From: Squalus acanthias
Taxonomy: Eukaryota
DNA length: 64,000 nt
Direction of reading: 5' to 3'
NCBI GenBank assembly: GCA_030390025.1
Contig: CM059438.1
Span: forward strand, 57,166,001 to 57,230,000
Below, in pieces: positions 15,001 to 30,000 of this stretch (position 1 is its first letter; each line of letters starts with the position of its first letter). The notes under the pieces were generated by a model. That model saw only the letters and a program-made list of their open reading frames with translations. It had not been told where the DNA came from and searched no databases. Both the position numbers and the translations under genes were made by a program.

Positions 15001-18000
15001 AATGAGTGTGACAGCAGTGTGTTTAATCCCACTATAAATGAGTGTGACAGCAGTGTGTTTAATCCCACTATAAATGAGTGTGACAGCAGTGTGTTTAATC
15101 CCACTATAAATGAGTGTGACAGCAGTGTGTTTAATCCCACTATAAATGAGTGTGACAGCAGTGTGTTTAATCCCACTATAAATGAGTGTGACAGCAGTGT
15201 GTTTAATCCCACTATAAATGAGTGTGACAGCAGTGTGTTTAATCCACTATAAATGAGTGTGACAGCAGTGTGTTTAATCCCACTATAAATGAGTGTGACA
15301 GCAGTGTGTTTAATCCCACTATAAATGAGTGTGACAGCAGTGTGTTTAATCCCACTATAAATGAGTGTGACAGCAGTGTGTTTAATCCCACTATAAATGA
15401 GTGTGACAGCAGTGTGTTTAATCCCACTATAAATGAGTGTGACAGCAGTGTGTTTAATCCCACTATAAATGAGTGTGACAGCAGTGTGTTTAATCCCACT
15501 ATAAATGAGTGTGACAGCAGTGTGTTTAATCGCACTATAAATGAGTGTGACAGCAGTGTGTTTAATCCCACTATAAATGAGTGTGACAGCAGTGTGTTTA
15601 ATCCCACTATAAATGAGTGTGACAGCAGTGTGTTTAATCCCATATAAATGAGTGTGACAGCAGTGTGTTTAATCCCACTATAAATGAGTGTGACAGCAGT
15701 GTGTTTAATCCCACTATAAATGAGTGTGACAGCAGTGTGTTTAATCGCACTATAAATGAGTGTGACAGCAGTGTGTTTAATCCCACTATAAATGAGTGTG
15801 ACAGCAGTGTGTTTAATCCCACTATAAATGAGTGTGACAGCAGTGTGTTTAATCCCACTATAAATGAGTGTGACAGCAGTGTGTTTAATCCCACTATAAA
15901 TGAGTGTGACAGCAGTGTGTTTAATCCACTATAAATGAGTGTGACAGCAGTGTGTTTAATCCCACTATAAATGAGTGTGACAGCAGTGTGTTTAATCCCA
16001 CTATAAATGAGTGTGACAGCAGTGTGTTTAATCCCACTATAAATGAGTGTGACAGCAGTGTGTTTAATCCCACTATAAATGAGTGTGACAGCAGTGTGTT
16101 TAATCCCATTATAAATGAGTGTGACAGCAGTGTGTTTAATCCATATAAATGAGTGTGACAGCTGTGTGTTTAATCCACTATAAATGAGTGTGACAGCTGT
16201 GTGTTTAATCCCTTAATATATGAGTGTGACAGCTGTGTGTTTAATCCCATTATAAATGAGTGTGACAGCAGTGTGTTTAATCCCTTAATATATGAGTGTG
16301 ACAGCAGTGTGTTTAATCGAAGTATAAATGAGTGTGACAGCAGTGTGTTTAATCCCTTAATATATGAGTGTGACAGCTGTGTGTTTAATCCCATTATAAA
16401 TGAGTATGACAGCAGTGTGTTTAATCGAAGTATAAATGAGTGTGACAGCAGTGTGTTTAATCCCATTATAAATGAGTGTGACAGCTGTGTGTTGAATCCC
16501 ACTATAAATGAGTGTGACAGCAGTGTGTTTAATCCCACTATAAATGAGTGTGACAGCTGTGTGTTTAATCCCACTATAAATGAGTGTGACAGCAGTGTGT
16601 TTAATCGAAGTATAAATGAGTGTGACAGCAGTGTGTTTAATCCAAGTATAAATGAGTGTGACAGCTGTGTGTTTAATCCCACTATAAATGAGTGTGACAG
16701 CAGTGTGTTTAATCGAACTATAAATGAGTGTGACAGCAGTGTGTTTAATCCCACTATAAATGAGTGTGACAGCAGTGTGTTTAATCCCACTATAAATGAG
16801 TGTGACAGCAGTGTGTTTAATCGCACTATAAATGAGTGTGACAGCAGTGTGTTTAATCCCACTATAAATGAGTGTGACAGCAGTGTGTTTAATCCCACTA
16901 TAAATGAGTGTGACAGCAGTGTGTTTAATCCCACTATAAATGAGTGTGACAGCAGTGTGTTTAATCCCACTATAAATGAGTGTGACAGCAGTGTGTTTAA
17001 TCCCACTATAAATGAGTGTGACAGCAGTGTGTTTAATCCCACTATAAATGAGTGTGACAGCAGTGTGTTTAATCCCACTATAAATGAGTGTGACAGCAGT
17101 GTGTTTAATCCCACTATAAATGAGTGTGACAGCAGTGTGTTTAATCCCACTATAAATGAGTGTGACAGCAGTGTGTTTAATCCCACTATAAATGAGTGTG
17201 ACAGCAGTGTGTTTAATCCCACTATAAATGAGTGTGACAGCAGTGTGTTTAATCCCACTATAAATGAGTGTGACAGCAGTGTGTTTAATCCCACTATAAA
17301 TGAGTGTGACAGCAGTGTGTTTAATCCCACTATAAATGAGTGTGACAGCAGTGTGTTTAATCCACTATAAATGAGTGTGACAGCAGTGTGTTTAATCCCA
17401 CTATAAATGAGTGTGACAGCAGTGTGTTTAATCCCACTATAAATGAGTGTGACAGCAGTGTGTTTAATCCCACTATAAATGAGTGTGACAGCAGTGTGTT
17501 TAATCCACTATAAATGAGTGTGACAGCAGTGTGTTTAATCGCACTATAAATGAGTGTGACAGCAGTGTGTTTAATCCCACTATAAATGAGTGTGACAGCA
17601 GTGTGTTTAATCCCACTATAAATGAGTGTGACAGCAGTGTGTTTAATCCCACTATAAATGAGTGTGACAGCAGTGTGTTTAATCCCACTATAAATGAGTG
17701 TGACAGCAGTGTGTCTAATCCCACTATAAATGAGTGTGACAGCAGTGTGTTTAATCCCACTATAAATGAGTGTGACAGCAGTGTGTTTAATCCCACTATA
17801 AGTGAGTGTGACAGCAGTGTGTTTAATCGCCACTATAAATGATTGTGACAGCAGTGTGTTTAATCCCACTGATAAATGAGTGTGACAGCAGTGTGTTTAA
17901 TCCCACTATAAATGAGTGTGACAGCAGTGTGTTTAATCAAACTACAAATGAGTGTGACAGCAGTGTGTTTGATCCCACTATAAATGAGTGTGACAGCAGT

Positions 18001-21000
18001 GTGTTAATCCCACTATAAATGAGTGTGACAGCAGTGTGTTTAATCAAACTATAAATGAGTGTGACAGCTGTGTGTTCAATCCCGCTATAAATGAGTGTGA
18101 CAGCTGTGTGTTTAATCCCATTATAAATGAGTGTGACAGCTGTGTGTTTAATCCCATTATAAATGAGTGTGACAGCAGTGTGTTTAATCCCTTAATATAT
18201 GAGTGTGACAGCTGTGTGTTTAATCCCATTATAAATGAGTGTGACAGCAGTGTGTTTAATCGAAGTATAAATGAGTGTGACAGCAGTGTGTTTAATCCCA
18301 TTATAAATGAGTGTGACAGCTGTGTGTTGAATCCCACTATAAATGAGTGTGACAGCAGTGTGTTTAATCCCACTATAAATGAGTGTGACAGCTGTGTGTT
18401 TAATCCCACTATAAATGAGTGTGACAGCAGTGTGTTTAATCAAAGTATAAATGAGTGTTTCAGCTGTGTGTTTAATCGAAGTATAAATGAGTGTTTTAGC
18501 TGTGTGTTTAATCCCACTTTAAATGAGTGTGACAGCAGTGTTTTTAATTGAACTATAAATGAGTGTGACAGCTGTGTGTTTAATCCCAGTATAAATGAGT
18601 GTGACAGCAGTGTGTTTAATCCCACTATAAATGAGTGTGACAGCAGTGTGTTCAATCGAACTATAAATGAGTGTGACAGCAGTGTGTTTAATCCCACTAT
18701 AAATGAGTGTGACAGCAGTGTGTTTAATCCCACTATAAATGAGTGTGACAGCAGTGTGTTTAATCCCACTATAAATGAGTGTGACAGCAGTGTGTTTAAT
18801 CCCACTATAAATGAGTGTGACAGCAGTGTGTTTAATCCCACTATAAATGAGTGTGACAGCAGTGTGTTTAATCCCACTATAAATGAGTGTGACAGCAGTG
18901 TGTTTAATCCCACTATAAATGAGTGTGACAGCAGTGTGTTTAATCGAACTATAAATGAGTGTGACAGCAGTGTGTTTAATCCCACTATAAATGAGTGTGA
19001 CAGCAGTGTGTTTAATCCCACTATAAATGAGTGTGACAGCAGTGTGTTTAATCCCACTATAAATGAGTGTGACAGCAGTGTGTTTAATCCCACTATAAAT
19101 GAGTGTGACAGCAGTGTGTTTAATCCCAGTATAAATGAGTGTGACAGCAGTGTGTTTAATCCCACTATAAATGAGTGTGACAGCAGTGTGTTTAATCCCA
19201 TTATAAATGAGTGTGACAGCAGTGTGTTTAATCCCACTATAAATGAGTGTGACAGCAGTGTGTTTAATCGCATTATAAATGAGTGTGACAGCAGTGTGTT
19301 TAATCTCACTATAAATGAGTGTGACAGCAGTGTGTTTAATCCCACTATAAATGAGTGTGACAGCAGTGTGTTTAATCCCACTATAAATGAGTGTGACAGC
19401 AGTGTGTTTAATCCCACTATAAATGAGTGTGACAGCAGTGTGTTTAATCCACTATAAATGAGTGTGACAGCAGTGTGTTTAATCCCACTATAAATGAGTG
19501 TGACAGCAGTGTGTTTAATCCCACTATAAATGAGTGTGACAGCAGTGTGTTTAATCCCACTATAAATGAGTGTGACAGCAGTGTGTTTAATCCCACTATA
19601 AATGAGTGTGACAGCAGTGTGTTTAACCCACTATAAATGAGTGTGACAGCAGTGTGTTTAATCCCACTATAAATGAGTGTGACAGCAGTGTGTTTAATCG
19701 CACTATAAATGAGTGTGACAGCAGTGTGTTTAATCCCACTATAAATGAGTGTGACAGCAGTGTGTTTAATCACACTATAAATGAGTGTGACAGCAGTGTG
19801 TTTAATCCAACTATAAATGAGTGTGACAGCAGTGTGTTTAATCCCACTATAAATGAGTGTGACAGCAGTGTGTTTAATCCCACTATAAATGAGTGTGACA
19901 GCTGTGTGTTTAATCCCATTATAAATGAGTGTGACAGCAGTGTGTTTAATCCCATTATAAATGAGTGTGACAGCAGTGTGTTTAATCCCATTATAAATGA
20001 GTGTGACAGCAGTGTGTTTAATCCCACTATAAATGAGTGTGACAGCAGTGTGTTTAATCGAAGTATAAATGAGTGTGACAGCAGTGTGTTTAATCCCACT
20101 ATAAATGAGTGTGACAGCTGTGTGTTTAATCCCACTATAAATGAGTGTGACAGCAGTGTGTTTAATCCCACTATAAATGAGTGTGACAGCAGTGTGTTTA
20201 ATCCAAGTATAAATGAGTGTGACAGCTGTGTGTTTAATCCCACTATAAATGAGTGTGACAGCAGTGTGTTTAATCCCAGTATAAATGAGTGAGACAGCAG
20301 TGTGTTTAATCGAACTATAAATGAGTGTGACAGCAGTGTGTTTAATCCCACTATAAATGAGTGTGACAGCAGTGTGTTTAATCCCACTATAAATGAGTGT
20401 GACAGCAGTGAGTTTAATCGAAGTATAAATCAGTGTGACAGCTGTGTGTTTAATCCCACTATAAATGAGTGTGACAGCAGTGTGTTTAATCCCAGTATAA
20501 ATGAGTGTGACAGCAGTGTGTTTAATCCCACTATAAATGAGTGTGACAGCAGTGAGCTTAATCCCACTATAAATGAGTGTGACAGCAGTGTGTTTAATCC
20601 CACTATAAATGAGTGTGACAGCAGTGTGTTTAATCCCACTATAAATGAGTGTGACAGCAGTGTGTTTATTCCCACTATAAATGAGTGTGACAGCAGTGTG
20701 TTTAATCCCACTATAAATGAGTGTGACAGCAGTGTGTTTAATCCCACTATAAATGAGTGTGACAGCAGTGTCTTTAATCCCACTATAAATGAGTGTGACA
20801 GCAGTGTGTTTAATCGAACTATAAATGAGTGTGACAGCAGTGTGTTTAATCCCACTATAACTGAGTGTGACAGCAGTGTCTTTAATCCCACTATAAATGA
20901 GTGGGACAGCAGTGTGTTTAATCGAACTATAAATGAGTGTGACAGCAGTGTGTTTAATCCCACTATAAATGAGTGTGACAGCAGTGTGTTTAATCCCACT

Positions 21001-24000
21001 ATAAATGAGTGTGACAGCAGTGTGTTTAATCCCACTATAAATGAGTGTGACAGCAGTGTGTTTAATCCCACTATAAATGAGTGTGACAGCAGTGTGTTTA
21101 ATCCCACTATAAATGAGTGTGACAGCAGTGTGTTTATTCCCACTATAAATGAGTGTGACAGCAGTGTGTTTAATCCCACTATAAATGAGTGTGACAGCAG
21201 TGTGTTTAATCCCAGTATAAATGAGTGTGACAGCAGTGTGTTTAATCCACTATAAATGAGTGTGACAGCAGTGTGTTTAATCCCACTATAAATGAGTGTG
21301 ACAGCAGTGTGTTTAATCCACTATAAATGAGTGTGACAGCAGTGTGTTTAATCCCACTATAAATGAGTGTGACAGCAGTGTGTTTAATCCCACTATAAAT
21401 GAGTGTGACAGCAGTGTGTTTAATCCCACTATAAATGAGTGTGACAGCAGTGTGTTTAATCCCACTATAAATGAGTGTGACAGCAGTGTGTTTAATCCCA
21501 CTATAAATGAGTGTGACAGCAGTGTGTTTAATCCCACTATAAATGAGTGTGACAGCAGTGTGTTTAATCCCACTATAAATGAGTGTGACAGCAGTGTGTT
21601 TAATCCCACTATAAATGAGTGTGACAGCAGTGTGTTTAATCGAACTATAAATGAGTGTGACAGCAGTGTGTTTAATCCCACTATAAATGAGTGTGACAGC
21701 AGTGTGTTTAATCCCACTATAAATGAGTGTGACAGCAGTGTGTTTAATCCCACTATAAATGAGTGTGACAGCAGTGTGTTTAATCCCACTACAAATGAGT
21801 GTGACAGCAGTGTGTTTAATCCCACTATAAATGAGTGTGACAGCAGTGTGTTTAATCCCACTATAAATGAGTGTGACAGCAGTGTGTTTAATCCCACTAT
21901 AAATGAGTGTGACAGCAGTGTGTTTAATCCCACTATAAATGAGTGTGACAGCAGTGTGTTTAATCCCACTATAAATGAGTGTGACAGCAGTGTGTTTAAT
22001 CCCACTACAAATGAGTGTGACAGCAGTGTGTTTATTCCCAGTATAAATGAGTGTGACAGCAGTGTGCTTAATACTACTATGAATGAGTGTGACAGCAGTG
22101 TGTTCAATCGAACTATAAATGAGTGTGACAGCAGTGTGTTTAATCCCACTATAAATGAGTGTGACAGCAGTGTGTTTAATCCCACTATAAATGAGTGTGA
22201 CAGCAGTGTGTTTAATCCCATTATAAATGAGTGTGACAGCAGTGTGTTTAATCCCACTATAAATGAGTGTGACAGCAGTGTGTCTAATCCCACTATAAAT
22301 GAGTGTGACAGCAGTGTGTTTAATCCCACTATAAATGAGTGTGACAGCAGTGTGTTTAATCCCACTATAAGTGAGTGTGACAGCAGTGTGTTTAATCGCA
22401 CTATAAATGATTGTGACAGCAGTGTGTTTAATCCCACTGTAAATGAGTGTGACAGCAGTGTGTTTAATCCCACTATAAATGAGTGTGACAGCAGTGTGTT
22501 TAATCAAACTATAAATGAGTGTGACAGCAGTGTGTTTAATCCCACTATAAATGAGTGTGACAGCAGTGTATTCAATCCCGCTATAAATGAGTGTGACAGC
22601 AGTGTGTTTAATCAAACTATAAATGAGTGTGACAGCAGTGTGTTTAATCCCGCTATAAATGAGTGTGACAGCTGTGTGTTTAATCCCATTATAAATGAGT
22701 GTGACAGCTGTGTGTTTAATCCCATTATAAATGAGTGTGACAGCAGTGTGTTTAATCCCTTAATAAATGAGTGTGACAGCTGTGTGTTTAATCCCATTAT
22801 AAATGAGTGTGACAGCAGTGTGTTTAATCGAAGTATAAATGAGTGTGACAGCAGTGTGTTTAATCCCATTATAAATGAGTGTGACAGCTGTGTGTTGAAT
22901 CCCACTATAAATGAGTGTGACAGCAGTGTGTTTAATCCCACTATAAATGAGTGTGACAGCTGTGTGTTTAATCCCACTATAAATGAGTGTGACAGCAGTG
23001 TGTTTAATCGAAGTATAAATGAGTGTGACAGCAGTGTGTTTAATCCCACTATAAATGAGTGTGACAGCAGTGTGTTTAATTGAACTATAAATGAGTGTGA
23101 CAGCAGTGTGTTTAATCCCACTATAAATGAGTGTGACAGCAGTGTGTTTAATCGAACTATAAATGAGTGTGACAGCAGTGTGTTTAATCCCACTATAAAT
23201 GAGTGTGACAGCAGTGTGTTTAATCCCACTATAAATGAGTGTGACAGCAGTGTGTTTAATCCCACTATAAATGAGTGTGACAGCAGTGTGTTTAATCCCA
23301 CTATAAATGAGTGTGACAGCAGTGTGTTTAATCCCACTATAAATGAGTGTGACAGCAGTGTGTTTAATCCCACTATAAATGAGTGTGACAGCAGTGTGTT
23401 TAATCCCACTATAAATGAGTGTGACAGCAGTGTGTTTAATCCCACTATAAATGAGTGTGACAGCAGTGTGTTTAATCCCACTATAAATGAGTGTGACAGC
23501 AGTGTGTTTAATCCCACTATAAATGAGTGTGACAGCAGTGTGTTTAATCCCACTATAAATGAGTGTGACAGCAGTGTGTTTAATCCCACTATAAATGAGT
23601 GTGACAGCAGTGTGTTTAATCCCACTATAAATGAGTGTGACAGCAGTGTGTTTAATCCCACTATAAATGAGTGTGACAGCAGTGTGTTTAATCCCACTAT
23701 AAATGAGTGTGACAGCAGTGTGTTTAATCCCACTATAAATGAGTGTGACAGCAGTGTGTTTATTCCCACTATAAATGAGTGTGACAGCAGTGTGTTTAAT
23801 CCCACTACAAATGAGTGTGACAGCAGTGTGTTTAATCCCAGTATAAATGAGTGTGACAGCAGTGTGCTTAATACTACTATGAATGAGTGTGACAGCAGTG
23901 TGTTCAATTGAACTATAAATGAGTGTGACAGCAGTGTGTTTAATCCCACTATAAATGAGTGTGACAGCAGTGTGTTTAATCCCACTGTAAATGAGTGTGA

Positions 24001-27000
24001 CAGCAGTGTGTTTAATCCCATTCTAAATGAGTGTGACAGCAGTGTGTTTAATCCCACTATAAATGAGTGTGACAGCAGTGTGTTTAATCAACTATAAATG
24101 AGTGTGACAGCAGTGTGTTTAATCCCACTATAAATGAGTGTGACAGCAGTGTATTCAATCCAGCTATAAATGAGTGTGACAGCAGTGTGTTTAATCACAC
24201 TATAAATGAGTGTGACAGCTGTGTGTTAATCCCACTATAAATGAGTGTGACAGCAGTGTGTTTAATCCCATTATAAATGAGTGTGACAGCAGTGTGTTTA
24301 ATCCCATTATAAATGAGTGTGACAGCAGTGTGTTTAATCCCTAATAAATGAGTGTGACAGCTGTGTGTTTAATCCCATTATAAATGAGTGTGACAGCAGT
24401 GTGTTTAATCGAAGTATAAATGAGTGTGACAGCAGTGTGTTTAATCCCATTATAAATGAGTGTGACAGCTGTGTGTTTAATCCCACTATAAATGAGTGTG
24501 ACAGCAGTGTGTTTAATCCCACTATAAATGAGTGTGACAGCTGTGTGTTTAATCCCACTATAAATGAGTGTGACAGCAGTGTGTTTAATCGAAGTATAAA
24601 TGAGTGTGACAGCAGTGTGTTTAATCGAACTATAAATGAGTGTGACAGCAGTGTGTTTAATCCCACTATAAATGAGTGTGACAGCAGTGTGTTTAATCCC
24701 ACTATAAATGAGTGTGACAGCAGTGTGTTTAATCCCACTATAAATGAGTGTGACAGCAGTGTGTTTAATCGAACTATAAATGAGTGTGACAGCAGTGTGT
24801 TTAATCCCACTATAAATGAGTGTGACAGCAGTGTGTTTAATCCACTATAAATGAGTGTGACAGCAGTGTGTTTAATCCCACTATAAATGAGTGTGACAGC
24901 AGTGTGTTTAATCCCACTATAAATGAGTGTGACAGCAGTGTGTTTAATCCCACTATAAATGAGTGTGACAGCAGTGTGTTTAATCCCACTATAAATGAGT
25001 GTGACAGCAGTGTGTTTAACCCACTATAAATGAGTGTGACAGCAGTGTGTTTAATCCCACTATAAATGAGTGTGACAGCAGTGTGTTTAATCCACTATAA
25101 ATGAGTGTGACAGCAGTGTGTTTAATCCCACTATAAATGAGTGTGACAGCAGTGTGTTTAATCCCACTAAAATGAGTGTGACAGCAGTGTGTTTAATCCC
25201 ACTATAAATGAGTGTGACAGCAGTGTGTTTAATCCCACTACAAATGAGTGTGACAGCAGTGTGTTTAATCCCACTATAAATGAGTGTGACAGCAGTGTGT
25301 TTAATCCCACTATAAATGAGTGTGACAGCAGTGTGTTTAATCCCACTATAAATGAGTGTGACAGCAGTGTGTTTAATCCCACTATAAATGAGTGTGACAG
25401 CAGTGTGTTTAATCCCACTATAAATGAGTGTGACAGCAGTGTGTTTAATCCCACTATAAATGAGTGTGACAGCAGTGTGTTTAATCCCAGTATAAATGAG
25501 TGTGACAGCAGTGTGTTTAATCCACTATAATGAGTGTGACAGCAGTGTGTTTAATCGAACTATAAATGAGTGTGACAGCAGTGTGTTTAATCCCACTATA
25601 AATGAGTGTGACAGCAGTGTGTTTAATCCCACTATAAATGAGTGTGACAGCAGTGTGTTTAATCCCATTATAAATGAGTGTGACAGCAGTGTGTTTAATC
25701 CCACTATAAATGAGTGTGACAGCAGTGTGTCTAATCCCACTATAAATGAGTGTGACAGCAGTGTGTTTAATCCCACTATAAATGAGTGTGACAGCAGTGT
25801 GTTTAATCCCACTATAATGAGTGTGACAGCAGTGTGTTTAATCGCACTATAAATGAGTGTGACAGCAGTGTGTTTAATCCCACTATAAATGAGTGTGACA
25901 GCAGTGTGTTTAATCCCACTATAAATGAGTGTGACAGCAGTGTGTTTAATCGAACTATAAATGAGTGTGACAGCAGTGTGTTTAATCCCACTATAAATGA
26001 GTGTGACAGCAGTGTGTTTAATCCCACTATAAATGAGTGTGACAGCAGTGTGTTTAATCAACTATAAATGAGTGTGACAGCAGTGTGTTTAATCCCGCTA
26101 TAAATGAGTGTGACAGCTGTGTGTTTAATCCCATTATAAATGAGTGTGACAGCTGTGTGTTTAATCCCATTATAAATGAGTGTGACAGCAGTGTGTTTAA
26201 TGCCACTATAAATGAGTGTGACAGCTGTGTGTTTAATCCCATTATAAATGAGTGTGACAGCAGTGTGTTTAATCGAAGTATAAATGAGTGTGACAGCAGT
26301 GTGTTTAATCCCACTATAAATGAGTGTGACAGCTGTGTGTTTAATCCCACTATAAATGAGTGTGACAGCAGTGTGTTTAATCCCACTATAAATGAGTGTG
26401 ACAGCTGTGTGTTTAATCCAACTATAAATGAGTGTGACAGCAGTGTGTTTAATCAAAGTATAAATGAGTGTTTCAGCTGTGTGTTTAATCGAAGTATAAA
26501 TGAGTGTGACAGCAGTGTGTTTAATCCCACTATAAATGAGTGTGACAGCAGTGTGTTTAATCGAACTATAAATGAGTGTGACAGCAGTGTGTTTAATCCC
26601 ACTATAAATGAGTGTGACAGCAGTGTGTTTAATCCCACTATAAATGAGTGTGACAGCAGTGTGTTTAATCCCACTATAAATGAGTGTGACAGCAGTGTGT
26701 TTAATCCCACTATAAATGAGTGTGACAGCAGTGTGTTTAATCCCACTATAAATGAGTGTGACAGCAGTGTGTTTAATCCCACTATAAATGAGTGTGACAG
26801 CAGTGTATTTAATCCCACTATAAGTGAGTGTGACAGCAGTGTGTTTAATCGAACTATAAATGAGTGTGATTGCAGTGTGTTTAATCCCACTATAAATGAG
26901 TGTGACAGCAGTGTGTTTAATCCCACTATAAATGAGTGTGACAGCAGTGTGTTTAATCCCACTATAAATGAGTGTGGCAGCAGTGTGTTTAACCCACTAT

Positions 27001-30000
27001 AAATGAGTGTGACAGCAGTGTGTTTAACCCAGTATAAATGAGTGTGACAGCTGTGTTTTTAATCGCATTATAAATGAGCGTGACAGCAGTGTGTTTAATC
27101 TCACTATAAATGAGTGTGACAGCAGTGTGTTAAATCCCATTATAAATGAGTGTGACAGCAGAGTCTTTAATCCCACTATAAATGAGAGTGACAGCTGTGT
27201 TTTTAATCCCATTATAAATGAGTGTGACAGCAGTGTGTTTAATCCCACTATAAATGAGTGTGACAGCAGTGTGTTTAATCCCACTATAAATGAGTGTGAC
27301 AGCAGTGAGTTTAATCGAAGTATAAATGAGTGTGACAGCAGTGTGTTTAATCCCACTATAAATGAGTGTGACAGCAGTGTGTTTAATCCCACTATATCTG
27401 AGTGTGACAGCAGTGTGTTTAATCGAACTATAAATGAGTGTGACAGCAGTGTGTTTAATCCCACTATAAATGAGTGTGACAGCAGTGTGTTTAATTGAAC
27501 TATAAATGAGTGTGACAGCAGTGTGTTTAATCCCAGTATAAATGAGTGTGACAGCAGTGTGTTTAATCCCACTATAAATGAGTGTGACAGCAGTGTGTTT
27601 AATCGAACTATAAATGAGTGTGACAGCAATGTGTTTAATCCCACTATAAGTGAGTGTGACAGCAGTGTGTTTATTCCCACTATAAATGAGTGTGACAGCA
27701 GTGTGTTTCATCAAACTAAAAATGAGTGTGACAGCAGTGTGTTTAATCTCACTATAAATGAGTGTGACAGCAGTGTGTTTAATCCCACTATAAGTGAGTG
27801 TGACAGCAGTGTGTTTAATCGAACTATAAATGAGTGTGATTGCAGTGTGTTTAATCCCACTATAAATGAGTGTGATTGCAGTGTGTTTAATCCCACTATA
27901 AATGAGTGTGACAGCAGTGTGTTTAACCCACTATAAATGAGTGTGACAGCAGTGTGTTTAATCGCACTATAAATGAGTGTGACAGCAGTGTGTTTAATCC
28001 CATTATAAATGAGTGTGGCAGCAGAGTCTATAATCCCACTATAAATGAGTGTGAAAGCTGTGTTTTTAATCCCATTATAAATGAGTGTGACAGCAGTGTG
28101 TTTAATCCCACTATAAATGAGTGTGACAGCAGTGTGTTTAATCCCATTATAAATGAGTGTGACAGCAGAGTCTTTAATCCCACTATAAATGAGTGTGACA
28201 GCTGTGTATTTAATCCCATTATAAATGAGTGTGACAGCAGTGAGTTTAATCCCACTATAAATGAGTGTGACAGCAGTGTGCTTAACCCACTATAAATGAG
28301 TGTGACAGCAATGTGTTTTATCCCACTATAAATGAGTGTGACCGCAGTGTGCTTAACCCACTATAAATGAGTGTGATAGCAGTGTGTTTAATCCCACAAT
28401 ATATGCGTGTGACAGCTGTGTGTTTAATCCCATTATAAATGAGTGTGACAGCAGTGTGTTTAATCCCATTATAAATGAGTGTGACAGCAGTGTGTTTAAT
28501 CCCACTATAAATGAGTGTGACAGCAGTGTGCTTAATCCCACTATAATGAGTGTGACAGCAGTGTATTTATTCCCACTATAGATGAGTGTGACAGCAGTGT
28601 GTTTAATCCCACTATAAATGAGTGTGACAGCAGTGTGTTTAATCGAAGTATAAATGAGTGTGACAGCAGTGTGTTTAATCCCACTATAAATGAGTGTGAC
28701 AGCAGTGTGTTTAATCCCACTATAAATGAGTGTGACAGCAGTGTGTTTAATCCCACTATAAATGAGTGTGACAGCAGTGTGCTTAATCCCACTATAAATG
28801 AGTGTGACAGCAGTGTGTTCAATCGAACTATAAATGAGTGTGACAGCAGTGTGTTTAATCCCACTATAAATGAGTGTGACAGCAGTGTGTTTAATCCCAC
28901 TATAAATGAGTGTGACAGCAGTGTGTTTAATCCCACTATAAATGAGTGTGACAGCAGTGTGTTTAATCCCACTATAAATGAGTGTGACAGCAGTGTGTTT
29001 AATCCCACTATAAATGAGTGTGACAGCAGTGTGTTTAATCCCACTATAAATGAGTGTGACAGCAGTGTGTTTAATCCCACTATAAATGAGTGTGACAGCA
29101 GTGTGTTTAATCGAACTATAAATGAGTGTGATTGCAGTGTGTTTAATCCCACTATAAATGAGTGTGACAGCAGTGTGTTTAATCCCACTATAAATGAGTG
29201 TGACAGCAGTGTGTTTAATCCCACTATAAATGAGTGTGGCAGCAGTGTGTTTAACCCACTATAAATGAGTGTGACAGCAGTGTGTTTAACCCAGTATAAA
29301 TGAGTGTGACTGCAGTGTGTTTAATCCCACTATAAATGAGTGTGACAGCAGTGTGTTTAATCCCATTATGAATGAGTGTGACAGCAGAGTCTTTAATCCC
29401 ACTATAAATGAGCGTGACAGCTGTGTTTTTAATCGCATTATAAATGAGCGTGACAGCAGTGTGTTTAATCTCACTATAAATGAGTGTGACAGCAGTGTGT
29501 TTATTCCCACTATAAATGAGTGTGACAGCAGTGTGTTTAATCCCACTACAAATGAGTGTGACAGCAGTGTGTTTATTCCCAGTATAAATGAGTGTGACAG
29601 CAGTGTGTTTAATTGAACTATAAATGAGTGTGACAGCAGTGTGTTTAATCCCACTATAAATGAGTGTGACAGCAGACTGTTTAATCCCACTGTAAATGAG
29701 TGTGACAGCAGTGTGTTTAATCCCACTATAAATGAGTGTGACAGCAGTGTGTTTAATCCCACTATAAATGAGTGTGACAGCAGTGTGTTTAATCCCACTA
29801 TAAATGAGTGTGACAGCAGTGTGTTTAATCCCACTATAAATGAGTGTGACAGCAGTGTGTTTAATCGCACTATAAATGAGTGTGACAGCAGTGTGTTTAA
29901 TCCCACTATAAATGAGTGTGACAGCAGTGTGTTTAATCACACTATAAATGAGTGTGACAGCAGTGTGTTTAATCAAACTATAAATGAGTGTGACAGCAGT